From Candidatus Latescibacterota bacterium (GTDB taxonomy: Bacteria > Latescibacterota > UBA2968): a DNA stretch of 64,000 bases. The stretch is taken from the NCBI GenBank assembly GCA_965204375.1, contig OZ241986.1, positions 6,016,001 through 6,080,000 of the forward strand, given 5' to 3'. Positions within the stretch are counted from its first letter, which is position 1. Each line of letters opens with the position of its first letter. The position numbers and the translations under genes were made by a program. Positions 46,268-55,123 of this stretch are shown piece by piece. The notes beneath the pieces were generated by a model. It had not been told where the DNA came from and did no database searches. It was given only the letters and a program-made list of their open reading frames with translations.

Positions 46268-48061
46268 ATGACCATTTTAGAATTACATCATATTGCAATG
46301 GCTTACGGTGCTCAGGATGTGCTGATCGATGTGTCTTTTAAGATCAATAAAGGCGAAAAGGTTGGTTTGATTGGTGACAATGGCTGTGGGAAGTCCACCA
46401 TTTTGAAACTGATTGCAGGTATTGAAACACCCGTTTCTGGCACTGTGAGTAAGGTAAAAGGTAGATCTACGGGGTATCTCGAGCAGCACCTGAAATTTCA
46501 GGCGGGAAGGCGTGTTGAAGAAGAAATTGCCTCGGTATTTGAAGCAGTCAATCAGATGCAGCACAAAATGCGCGAACTGGAAGCTCAGATGGCAAACGGT
46601 GCGTCCGATCAGATCAACGCTGTGATGGAACAGTATGGGCGTTTACAGGAGGCTTTTGAGCGGGCAGATGGCTATGCTTGTCAGGCAAAAATTGATGCGG
46701 TCATAGACGGACTGGGTATAGATGCCTGGCGGGACCAATCTGTCGATGTACTGAGTGGCGGCGAAAAGAATCTGGTGGGCTTGGCAAAAATTCTGCTGGG
46801 CGAGCCTGACCTGCTGTTGCTGGACGAACCGGGCAATCATCTCGATTTTGAAGGGTTGGCCTGGTTAGAGACATTTTTGCAAAATTTGGACCGAACGGTG
46901 ATTCTGGTATCGCACGACCGCTATATGCTGGATCGGGTTGTGAATCGGATTGTGGAAGTTGAAGATGGAAAAGCCAGCACATATATGGGCAATTATTCGG
47001 CCTACCGCGCAGAAAAAATGCGTCAATTGCTCTTGCAGAAAGCGGCATACGATAACCAGCAGAAGGAAATTCAACGGCTGGAGGAGATGATCAAGCGTTT
47101 TGAATTGTGGGGTGTAGAAAAGAATATACGGCGTGCGAGAAATAAGGGAAAAATGCTGGACCGCATAGATCGGATCCATCGGCCAGTCATGGATCGCCAG
47201 CGCATTGATCCTGCATTTGGCGCAATTCAGGGTAGTGGAAAAATTGCTTTAGAGTTGCGGAAATACGAGCGCAAAGCGGGTAAGCGCACGCTGTTTCGAG
47301 ATGTTGATTTGCTGGTGCAATCGGGCGAGCGCGTCGGATTGGTTGGGGGTAATGGGACAGGTAAATCCATGCTCTTTAAGGATATTGTTGCCGAGGCTGC
47401 CTGGGAACACCCCACTATGCGAATTGGTCCACGCATTCAATTGGGATATTACGCACAAGAACACGAGACCTTAAATGACAACCGAACCATTCTCGAAGAG
47501 ATCTGTTTGTCGGGTGGGCTAAACCGCGATCAAGGAGGTAGGGTGCTGTCCAGGTTTTTATTTGGATGGCGTGATTTGGACAAAAAAGTCGGCAGTTTAA
47601 GCGGCGGAGAAAAAAGCCGTGTTCAATTGGCCTGTTTGATGGTGTCTGGGGCCAATATGTTGCTATTAGATGAGCCTACCAATCATCTGGATATCGCATC
47701 CCGCGAGCAGGTGGAAGATGCCCTTGAAGACTTTGACGGTACACTCATAGTGATTTCACACGATCGCTATTTTCTCGATAAAATCGCCGAGCGCGTGATT
47801 GAAGTGCGCGACCTGAATTTGGAGTCCCATGTAGGCAATTTTTCAGATTTTTGGGCAAAACAGAGATCAGATAAAACGCCGGATGGAGAGATCGATTCTG
47901 AGGTTGAAAAACAAATTGAGGCGCTGGAAAATGAAAAATTGCGATTGGAACGGGGGATGGCATCGGCTTTTGAAAAAAGAGATTTCAAGCGAGGAGACCG
48001 CCTCAGCCGTCGGTTGCGTCTGGTGGAACAGCAGATTGAAAACCTTTATGAGGCTTTGTAA
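46268..48061 (+). CDS. ABC-F family ribosome-associated ATPase
   Basis: Two NBDs (GDNGCGKS/LSGGE/LDEPGNHLD and GGNGTGKS/LSGGE/LDEPTNHLD), no TM helices, C-terminal helical extension. Confidence 0.92.
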   Translation: MTILELHHIAMAYGAQDVLIDVSFKINKGEKVGLIGDNGCGKSTILKLIAGIETPVSGTVSKVKGRSTGYLEQHLKFQAGRRVEEEIASVFEAVNQMQHKMRELEAQMANGASDQINAVMEQYGRLQEAFERADGYACQAKIDAVIDGLGIDAWRDQSVDVLSGGEKNLVGLAKILLGEPDLLLLDEPGNHLDFEGLAWLETFLQNLDRTVILVSHDRYMLDRVVNRIVEVEDGKASTYMGNYSAYRAEKMRQLLLQKAAYDNQQKEIQRLEEMIKRFELWGVEKNIRRARNKGKMLDRIDRIHRPVMDRQRIDPAFGAIQGSGKIALELRKYERKAGKRTLFRDVDLLVQSGERVGLVGGNGTGKSMLFKDIVAEAAWEHPTMRIGPRIQLGYYAQEHETLNDNRTILEEICLSGGLNRDQGGRVLSRFLFGWRDLDKKVGSLSGGEKSRVQLACLMVSGANMLLLDEPTNHLDIASREQVEDALEDFDGTLIVISHDRYFLDKIAERVIEVRDLNLESHVGNFSDFWAKQRSDKTPDGEIDSEVEKQIEALENEKLRLERGMASAFEKRDFKRGDRLSRRLRLVEQQIENLYEAL

Positions 48062-48080
48062 CATATTCTCGTGTTACAAG

Positions 48081-48113
48081 AAAACACCGCAACAAATCTG
48101 CTGCGGTGTTTTT
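48081..48113. terminator. Bidirectional intrinsic terminator
   Basis: AAAACACCGCA-loop-TGCGGTGTTTTT between convergent genes. Confidence 0.8.
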
Positions 48114-48120
48114 GCGTTTC

Positions 48121-48154
48121 ATCTATGTTCATCTGCGTCCATCTGCGGATTATT
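48121..48154 (-). repeat. Dispersed 9-mer tandem repeat element, inverted copy of 56711-56743
   Basis: Reverse complement AATAATCCGCAGATGGACGCAGATGAACATAGAT vs AATAATCCGCAGATGACGCAGATGAACACAGAT. Confidence 0.75.
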
Positions 48155-48161
48155 GTGCCTT

Positions 48162-48470
48162 TCATTTTTCCAGATCTTTGAGGGGTATTGAAAGGGCGTC
48201 TCGAAGTATTTTGCCGGGTTTGAACCCCACTTTGCGTCGCGCAGGCACATAGACTTCTTCGCCCGTTCGGGGATTGCGCGCGCGAGGACGGGCATTGGTG
48301 CGTTTGACTTCCCAGCTTCCAAAGCCTCGAATTTCGATCCGTTCACCTTCGATGATAGCTTCTGCAAGGGTTTCAAAGAGTACATCTACAGCCTGTTTCG
48401 CCATCGTGTTTTTGCAATCAATTTCATCTGCAAGTATTTTTGCCAGGTCTGCTTTGGTGATGGTTTGCAC
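48162..48470 (-). CDS. HU/IHF family DNA-binding protein (IHF-beta-like)
   Basis: TKADL, RIEIRGFGS, ARNPRTGE, FKPGK. Confidence 0.9.
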   Translation of the reverse strand: MQTITKADLAKILADEIDCKNTMAKQAVDVLFETLAEAIIEGERIEIRGFGSWEVKRTNARPRARNPRTGEEVYVPARRKVGFKPGKILRDALSIPLKDLEK

Positions 48471-48601
48471 TCGCTACCCTCCACAAAAAATACCAAGCGG
48501 TTGGATGGTTTGATAAAAATAAGGCGGAGTATCAAGAAAATAATGAAGTGGCTGTTCACAAAAAAACGGCGACCTCGCTGGATGGTCACCGCGATGATTG
48601 A

Positions 48602-48678
48602 TGGTGGGCGCACAGGGACTCGAACCCCGGACCAACGGATTATGAGTCCGTCGCTCTAACCAACTGAGCTATGCGCCC
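48602..48678 (-). tRNA. tRNA with CAT anticodon, most likely tRNA-Ile2 (lysidine)
   Basis: GGGCGCA acceptor stem, TAGCTCAGTTGGTTAGAGC D-arm, CTCATAA loop, GGTTCGAGTCC T-arm, encoded ACCA end; lacks initiator features; Met cannot be excluded. Confidence 0.9.
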
Positions 48679-48764
48679 CAAATTTACTTTTGCTAATTCA
48701 AACGAAGAATAAAGATACGGAACAGAGATAAGTTATGCAACCGAAAATTAGATACTTATGAAAG

Positions 48765-50537
48765 TTATTTTGGCTCAGCCATCGCTTTTCGCTGGGCGGT
48801 GAGGTGGCGGTGTTTTTCCAGTGTGGCGCGCAGGTCGTCGGGAGAAAGCGGTTGGCGCAATTGCTTTTCGATCAGTTCGATTTCGCCTTCGAGACTTTTG
48901 AGCTGGAACTTGTGAATATAATCTTGAATGGGAACATCGATGTTGGGATTCTCGATGCCGATTTCCAGAGATAGGTCGGTCAATATGCGGCTCAGGCGAT
49001 CATCGTTGCACTGATTGATGAGGTGCGCGGCTTCAATGGATTGTTTCTGTTGTCGGTTGCGGGCAATCAGAGCGGCGATTTGCCGGTAAGTACTGTTTGT
49101 AAAGTTGTCGGGAGAAATTTGCTTGAATACGCTATCGGCGGTTTCGGGATGTTGCATCAGGAAGGTGAGCAATTCGCGCTCAGAACGGGGCCGCGTATCA
49201 TAAGATTCGGGTTCTGGTTGTCCATTTTGCGGTCTCGTGGAGCGGCGTTGCGTTTGGGCAATGCCAATGAGGACTTTTTCATCTATCCCGATTTTTTCAG
49301 CGATGTCTTTGATGAGAAATTGTTTGAGGGCGTTGTCTGTGATGCGCCCAATGAGTTCGGCCAATGCGTTTGTCGTTCGGGTTTTGCCATCTACGGTGGA
49401 GAGGTCGTCGCGTTGGGCAAATTGTTCTATGAGAAAATCGATGGCGGGTGCGGCGTTTTCGGTGAGGCGCAGAAGGCCGTCGGGGCCATGGGCGCGCACA
49501 TAGCTGTCGGGGTCGTGGTCTTCGGGCAGGGTGACAACGCGCACTTCGAGGCCCACTTCAAAGAGCGATCCGATCCCTCGCATTGCCGCGGTTGCTCCGG
49601 CGGTGTCGCCGTCGAAAATGAGTATGGTTTTGGGCGCATAACGTCTGAGCAGACGCGCGTGGTCAGGCGTGAGTGCTGTGCCAGAGGATGCGACTGCGTT
49701 TTCAATGCCATACTGCGCCAGAGCAATGAGGTCCATATACCCTTCTACAACGAGTGCTGTTCCCGCGTCGCGAATGGCGTCTCTATCGCGCCACAAGCCG
49801 TACAGGGTGGCACTTTTGTTGTACACAGGGGTTTCCGGAGAGTTGATGTATTTGGCCTGTTCATTGGGGTCGAGGGCGCGCGCACCAAAAGCGACCGGGC
49901 GACCTGTGGCTGCGTGAATGGGGAAGGTGATGCGGTTGCGAAAGCGGTCGTAAAAACCACCTCCTTTTTCCCTTTGTAAGACCAGTCCGGCGCGTTCGAG
50001 TATTTGCGGAGAGAATCCTCGGCGGGTGGCGACTTGCAAGAAGCCCTCCCATTGATCGGGCGCATAACCGAGAGAAAAGGCATCGATTATGTCGCGGTTT
50101 ATACCGCGATTTTCGAGATAGGCCATTGCATCGGCGGCTTTTTCGTCTTGTGTGAGCAGGTGGTGAAAATATTTGACCGCGAGTTCATTGGCGCGGTAGA
50201 GCTGGTCAAAGACTTCCTGCTGGTCCGGGTCTGCTGGTTTTGCATCGGGCAGGGCTATGCCCGCGTGATCGGCGAGTTGACGAACGGCTTCGATAAAGCT
50301 GATGTTTTCTATGTCGCGCAAAAATGTAAAGCTGTTGCCGCCCGCACCGCAGGCGAAACACTTGTAGATTTGTTTTTCTTGTGAGACGTTTAAGGAGGGG
50401 GTGGAATCGTCGTGGAAGGGACACAGGCCGACAAAATTTTTGCCCCGGCGGGTCAGTGCAACGTGATCGCCTACGACATCGACGATGTCGATAGACAGGC
50501 GCACTTGATCGATGATCGTTTCTGGAATGCGCGGCAT
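48765..50537 (-). CDS. dnaG: DNA primase
   Basis: Zinc finger CPFH..CFAC, DRFRNR, KYINSPET, TOPRIM VVEGYMD..FDGDTAG. Confidence 0.96.
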   Translation of the reverse strand: MPRIPETIIDQVRLSIDIVDVVGDHVALTRRGKNFVGLCPFHDDSTPSLNVSQEKQIYKCFACGAGGNSFTFLRDIENISFIEAVRQLADHAGIALPDAKPADPDQQEVFDQLYRANELAVKYFHHLLTQDEKAADAMAYLENRGINRDIIDAFSLGYAPDQWEGFLQVATRRGFSPQILERAGLVLQREKGGGFYDRFRNRITFPIHAATGRPVAFGARALDPNEQAKYINSPETPVYNKSATLYGLWRDRDAIRDAGTALVVEGYMDLIALAQYGIENAVASSGTALTPDHARLLRRYAPKTILIFDGDTAGATAAMRGIGSLFEVGLEVRVVTLPEDHDPDSYVRAHGPDGLLRLTENAAPAIDFLIEQFAQRDDLSTVDGKTRTTNALAELIGRITDNALKQFLIKDIAEKIGIDEKVLIGIAQTQRRSTRPQNGQPEPESYDTRPRSERELLTFLMQHPETADSVFKQISPDNFTNSTYRQIAALIARNRQQKQSIEAAHLINQCNDDRLSRILTDLSLEIGIENPNIDVPIQDYIHKFQLKSLEGEIELIEKQLRQPLSPDDLRATLEKHRHLTAQRKAMAEPK

Positions 50538-50589
50538 ATAAGGAACTCCCCGGGGAGAGGAGATGGTAGATGTAAATAGATGTTATGGG

Positions 50590-52542
50590 CTAACTCGCTG
50601 GCTCAACCCAATCGCCGCCGGCGCGTATCAGGTCAATCAGTTCGTCAACCGCGCCTTCTGTGGGGATATTGCGTTTGACGATGTCTTTGCCCTTGTAGAG
50701 CGTGATTTTACCGGGACCACTGCCCACATAGCCGTAATCGGCGTCGGCCATTTCGCCCGGGCCGTTGACTATGCAGCCCATAATGCCAATTTTGACGCCT
50801 TTGAGGTGGTTGGTGTGGCTTCGAATCAGGGCGGTGGTTTCCTGGAGGTCGAACAGGGTGCGCCCGCACGAAGGGCAGGATATGTATTCGGTTTTGGAGA
50901 TGCGGGTGCGCGTGGCTTGCAAGATGCCGAAGGCCGTGCGGGTGAGGGTGTGGTCGTCTATGTGATTGGATGCATCGAGCCACAGGCCATCGCCGAGGCC
51001 ATCGACGAGCAGCCCCCCGCAGTCTGTGGCGGCGTAGAGCATGAAGGCGTCATTGGCTGAGTACTTTGTTGCGCTATATGTACGGCGGATGACTACGGGT
51101 ATGTCGCAATGCCAATCTGCAAGCAGGCAAAATGCGCGGCGCAGTTCGGGCATGGCGTGGGTGTTGTGGGTTTGCAGGACGAGCACTGCACCGGGATCGG
51201 CCTTGAGCGCATGGATAAGTGGTGCGTCGAGTGCGTCGAGTTCGGTACGGACAAAGGTGATGCGCTCGGATATATGATTGGCTTGTAAGTATGCAGTTGC
51301 AGAAAAAATCGGGTATGCGGCGGATGCGGGCGACCAGAGCCGGGCATTTTGAATGACGCCAAGTGTGCCCGGAAGTTCAAAGTCCAGGGTGCGATCGCCG
51401 ATGTTGATAAAGTCAACGGCCATGTCGGCAATGTGCCATTTGTCGAGTGCCGCGTCGTACGAATACCCAAAAGGTTGCAGGGATTCGGGGGCGATGGTGC
51501 CTTGTGGGGTGGCTATGACGATTGGGACACTCGGTTTGCCGATTTTTTCAATCTGTCGCGTTGCGCGGCGGGTGTAGGAAAATGGATCGATATGAGATGT
51601 TTGAATTTCCGGTATTGGCGCGTGATCGCTTCGGTTGCGATAGCGGGCGACCAGTGCTTGCGCTACGGGGATTTCGGCTTCGGGTTCTTCGGTGAGGGAG
51701 ACGCGAATGGTATCGCCCAGGCCGTCTTCGAGTAGCGCGCCTATGCCCACGGCCGATTTAATGCGTCCGTCTTCACCATCGCCAGCTTCTGTGACTCCCA
51801 GATGGAGCGGATAGTTCATGCCTTCGGCCATCATTTTGTTTACCAGCAGGCGATAGGCTTGAACCATGATTTGCGGATTGCTGGCTTTCATGGAAAATAC
51901 GATGTCGTGATAGTCAAAGTCAATGCATATCCGCGCAAATTCAAGTGCGGATTCGACCATGCCGAGTGGGGTGTCGCCAAATCTGCTCATAATGCGGTCT
52001 GAGAGCGACCCGTGGTTGGTGCCTATCCGCATGGCTGTGCCGTATTCTTTGCAGATTTTGACCAGTGGCGCGAATCTGTCGCGAATGCGGTGTAGTTCCC
52101 CGGCGTATTGTGCATCGGTGTATTCGATGATCTGAAATTTTTTTTTGTCGGCGTAATTGCCGGGGTTTACGCGCACTTTTTCCACAATTCGGGCGGCGAT
52201 TTCAGCGGCATTGGGCGTGTAGTGAATATCGGCTATCAGTGGGGTGGTATAGCCCGCAGATCTGATTTTTTTTCGGATGTTTTCGAGGTTGCGGGCTTCG
52301 TTCTGGCTGGGTGCTGTTATGCGCACGTATTCACATCCGGCGTGGATCATGCGGATGGACTGGGCGACCGTGCCTTCGGTGTCCATGGTATCGGTTGTGG
52401 TCATTGATTGCACGCGGATGGGTTTGTCGCCGCCGAGTGGTACACCCCCGATATCGACTTCGCGGGTTTTGAAGCGGGCGTATTCCGTGAGCGAATTGCA
52501 GTATTTGCCCGGGGAAACGAGCAGGTCGCTGGTTATGGACAT
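50590..52542 (-). CDS. ispG: HMBPP synthase, long three-domain form
   Basis: IRVQSMT, ADIHY, RVNPGN, RIGTNHGSLS, HLGVTEAG, SCPSCGR..MGCIVNGPGE. Confidence 0.95.
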   Translation of the reverse strand: MSITSDLLVSPGKYCNSLTEYARFKTREVDIGGVPLGGDKPIRVQSMTTTDTMDTEGTVAQSIRMIHAGCEYVRITAPSQNEARNLENIRKKIRSAGYTTPLIADIHYTPNAAEIAARIVEKVRVNPGNYADKKKFQIIEYTDAQYAGELHRIRDRFAPLVKICKEYGTAMRIGTNHGSLSDRIMSRFGDTPLGMVESALEFARICIDFDYHDIVFSMKASNPQIMVQAYRLLVNKMMAEGMNYPLHLGVTEAGDGEDGRIKSAVGIGALLEDGLGDTIRVSLTEEPEAEIPVAQALVARYRNRSDHAPIPEIQTSHIDPFSYTRRATRQIEKIGKPSVPIVIATPQGTIAPESLQPFGYSYDAALDKWHIADMAVDFINIGDRTLDFELPGTLGVIQNARLWSPASAAYPIFSATAYLQANHISERITFVRTELDALDAPLIHALKADPGAVLVLQTHNTHAMPELRRAFCLLADWHCDIPVVIRRTYSATKYSANDAFMLYAATDCGGLLVDGLGDGLWLDASNHIDDHTLTRTAFGILQATRTRISKTEYISCPSCGRTLFDLQETTALIRSHTNHLKGVKIGIMGCIVNGPGEMADADYGYVGSGPGKITLYKGKDIVKRNIPTEGAVDELIDLIRAGGDWVEPAS

Positions 52543-52560
52543 TGGTCGTCTCGGTGGATA

Positions 52561-52624
52561 GTAGGAGCGGGTTTCGAGCGATGTACAACTGGTCGCTTCT
52601 CAGACCAGTTCAACCCGATCCTAC
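52561..52624. repeat. GTAG-type REP-like palindrome
   Basis: GTAGGAGCGGGTT...AACCCGATCCTAC with inner stem AACTGGTC/GACCAGTT; related half at 62521-62548. Confidence 0.55.
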
Positions 52625-53229
52625 TTGGATTCCTCAAGCATTTCGTTGATTTTTTTTCGCGCTTCACCGGCTTCTTTGTTCAGCTTTTCAATTAGAGGAG
52701 GCGTTTTCTCAATCTGAATGCCCAGTTTTTCGAGCAGGGTTTTTACGTCGGGAAACATGGCCTGTACACCGTCGGCAATCATCCGAGCGGATTTTTGAAG
52801 CGGTGCGCCTAAGGTGGAATTGTCGATGAATTCGGGCACGCGGCTGTGGATGGGATGGGCACGAAAAAATATGGCGATCAGGCCTAAAATCAATGCGCCT
52901 TGAACCAGCCCCAGAGCAATGCCGCCAAATGCGTCAATCGCGCCGAGGGGAGAGGTCCGCAGCATTCCGTGAAGGGCGCGCCCGAGAAAATAGCAGGCGG
53001 CCAGGACAGCCACAAATACGACGAGGAATCCGAATAGCGCGGCGCCGCTGCCGAGGTCTTCTGTTGTATCGAACAAAGCGCGCGCTGTTTTTTCGCCATA
53101 AGTGAGGGCAAAACCATAGGCCAATATCACGCTGAACAGCATGATGAGGCTTTGTACCAGCCCAATTTGCCATCCTTTTCGAGCGAACCAGAAAAGGCCG
53201 AGGGCAAAAATGAGATCGACGATGTTCAT
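52621..53229 (-). CDS. cvpA: CvpA family membrane protein
   Basis: MNIVDLI..GWQIGLVQS, four TM helices, IDAFGGIALGLVQG, STL. Confidence 0.8.
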   Translation of the reverse strand: MNIVDLIFALGLFWFARKGWQIGLVQSLIMLFSVILAYGFALTYGEKTARALFDTTEDLGSGAALFGFLVVFVAVLAACYFLGRALHGMLRTSPLGAIDAFGGIALGLVQGALILGLIAIFFRAHPIHSRVPEFIDNSTLGAPLQKSARMIADGVQAMFPDVKTLLEKLGIQIEKTPPLIEKLNKEAGEARKKINEMLEESK

Positions 53230-53253
53230 TTGAAGTGCAAAATGGGAATGGAT

Positions 53254-53291
53254 AAAAAAAAAGCGATAGCCACCCTGAGTGATTATCGCTT
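53254..53291 (-). terminator. Intrinsic terminator after rpsU
   Basis: Minus strand AAGCGATAATCAC..GTGGCTATCGCTT followed by a T-run. Confidence 0.7.
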
Positions 53292-53313
53292 AATTCGAAT
53301 AATTGCGAAAGAC

Positions 53314-53511
53314 TTAGCGGGTGTATTGCTGATCCATTTTGATCCGCTTGCGTCTTGCTGCGGCAATTTTGCGTTTCCGACGTTCACTCGGTTTTTCAAA
53401 GTGCTGATTTTTCTTCATGTCGGAAATAACACCGGCTTTTTCGCAGGCCTTTTTGAACCGCTTGAGTGCTCTTTCGAACGGTTCGTCGTCGCGTACGAGG
53501 ACACCAGGCAT
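53314..53511 (-). CDS. rpsU: 30S ribosomal protein S21
   Basis: V.VRDDEPFERALKRFKK..EKAG..FEKPSERRKRK. Confidence 0.95.
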   Translation of the reverse strand: MPGVLVRDDEPFERALKRFKKACEKAGVISDMKKNQHFEKPSERRKRKIAAARRKRIKMDQQYTR

Positions 53512-53786
53512 GCCGGGACTCACCCCTTTCTTTTGAAAATGTGATGAATAACCAAAACGAATTTCAATATAACATATAAAATGTCCCGCACTTTTGCAAC
53601 CCGTTTTTCCCATGTCGCTCCACCTGTTATACGCCTTGAGTTTGTTCGCTATAAAAAACGTCTTTGTTCATTTCAAGGCATTTTTTATTTTTAAGGCGGG
53701 ATTTTCGGGTTTTGGTTTTGAATGGGAACTCAAAAAAGTGTCGGGCGTTTTTGGATGGGAGAAAGGATCACAAAACGGAGGGGTGA

Positions 53787-55094
53787 ATGCAATCGAGAAA
53801 TGAAAATGAGATCGATGACAAGCTCAAGAACTTACACGTACGCCTGTCCAGCCAGAGTTTTTTAACGGCTTATTTTTTTCTTTTGGCGGTTATTATTGTC
53901 ATCGCATTCCTCATTTATACACAGCTTTACGTGGTGCAACCCATGCGGCAAGAAGCCAGACGTATGGGAGAGTTATACGCGTTTATGCACAGTGTGGCTA
54001 TATTGGAGAAAATTGAGGTCAAGGGATTTTATGAGGATGTCATTTTTCACACTGTCCAGAATCCCAATTTTCCTGTTGTAATCACAGACGAGCAGGGTAT
54101 TCCACGGTACTGGAAAGCGATTGACATTCCCCCTTTTGGTGACCGTACTCCCGAGAAGCTGGGCAAAGTGATGGACAAGGCTTACGCACTCGATCGGGAA
54201 AATGACCCGTTGCCGTTTGAATGGCCCGGGACAGAATGGGGGCCAGATAATAAACCCGTCAAGAAGGAACCGGAAATCTGGAGATTGCACTGGGGGGCGT
54301 CCGCGCTGGAGAAGCGTTTGAACTGGTTGCCCTGGGTCGTTTTTGGGGTGACGATCGTATTTACTGGGGGCGGATATCTCGGTTTTCGGTATATTAAGAA
54401 TAGAGAACAGCGATCTCTCTGGGTGGGGATGGCGCGGGAAACAGCCCATCAATTGGGAACGCCGTTGTCTTCGCTTTACGGTTGGTTGGCACTGTTGAAG
54501 GACGAGTTGGATGCAGAAGGTGATAGAGAGGGCAGTCAGAGGCTGAAAGATATCCTGGGAGAAATGGATCGGGATACGAGCCGATTGGATAAGATCGCTT
54601 CTCGCTTTAGTCTGATTGGTTCTACGCCCGAATTGCGATTGGATCAGGTGCGCGATGTGGTGGCTGAAACAGCGGGTTATTTGCGCGCGCGCTTGCCGGA
54701 GAATGTGCAAATTGTGGAGGAATTGGACGATGTGCCGGTTGTTCCGATCAATCGGGAACTTCTGGGGTGGGCGTTTGAAAATCTCTTTAGAAATGCCGCC
54801 GATGCAATGGAAGGCCGAGGGGGCCGCATTGATGTGTCGTCGCGCGTGGAGGAACGCCGGGTGGTTATTGAAGTGCGCGATACGGGAAAGGGCATGCCTT
54901 CGCATATGTTTAAGCAGGTTTTTTTGCCGGGTACCAGTACCAAGAAACGCGGGTGGGGACTCGGTCTGGCATTTGTGAAACGCATTGTGGAAGACTACCA
55001 CAGCGGAAAAGTATTTATCAAAGAAAGTGTGCCGTATCAGGGCACGACATTTGTCATTTTGCTGCCTTTACCTCCGGCAGATATAGATGACTAA
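53787..55094 (+). CDS. Membrane sensor histidine kinase
   Basis: Two TM segments; H-box ETAHQLGTPLSSL; N-box ENLFRNAADAM; DTGKG; GWGLGL. Confidence 0.92.
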   Translation: MQSRNENEIDDKLKNLHVRLSSQSFLTAYFFLLAVIIVIAFLIYTQLYVVQPMRQEARRMGELYAFMHSVAILEKIEVKGFYEDVIFHTVQNPNFPVVITDEQGIPRYWKAIDIPPFGDRTPEKLGKVMDKAYALDRENDPLPFEWPGTEWGPDNKPVKKEPEIWRLHWGASALEKRLNWLPWVVFGVTIVFTGGGYLGFRYIKNREQRSLWVGMARETAHQLGTPLSSLYGWLALLKDELDAEGDREGSQRLKDILGEMDRDTSRLDKIASRFSLIGSTPELRLDQVRDVVAETAGYLRARLPENVQIVEELDDVPVVPINRELLGWAFENLFRNAADAMEGRGGRIDVSSRVEERRVVIEVRDTGKGMPSHMFKQVFLPGTSTKKRGWGLGLAFVKRIVEDYHSGKVFIKESVPYQGTTFVILLPLPPADIDD

Positions 55095-55123
55095 TAATCC
55101 TTTATCAATCATTAAAAGCAGAG

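Noticed and set aside
48560-48700. tRNA as an integration site
   Set aside because: No duplicated tRNA 3' end or integrase in the window, and the flanking genes are housekeeping.
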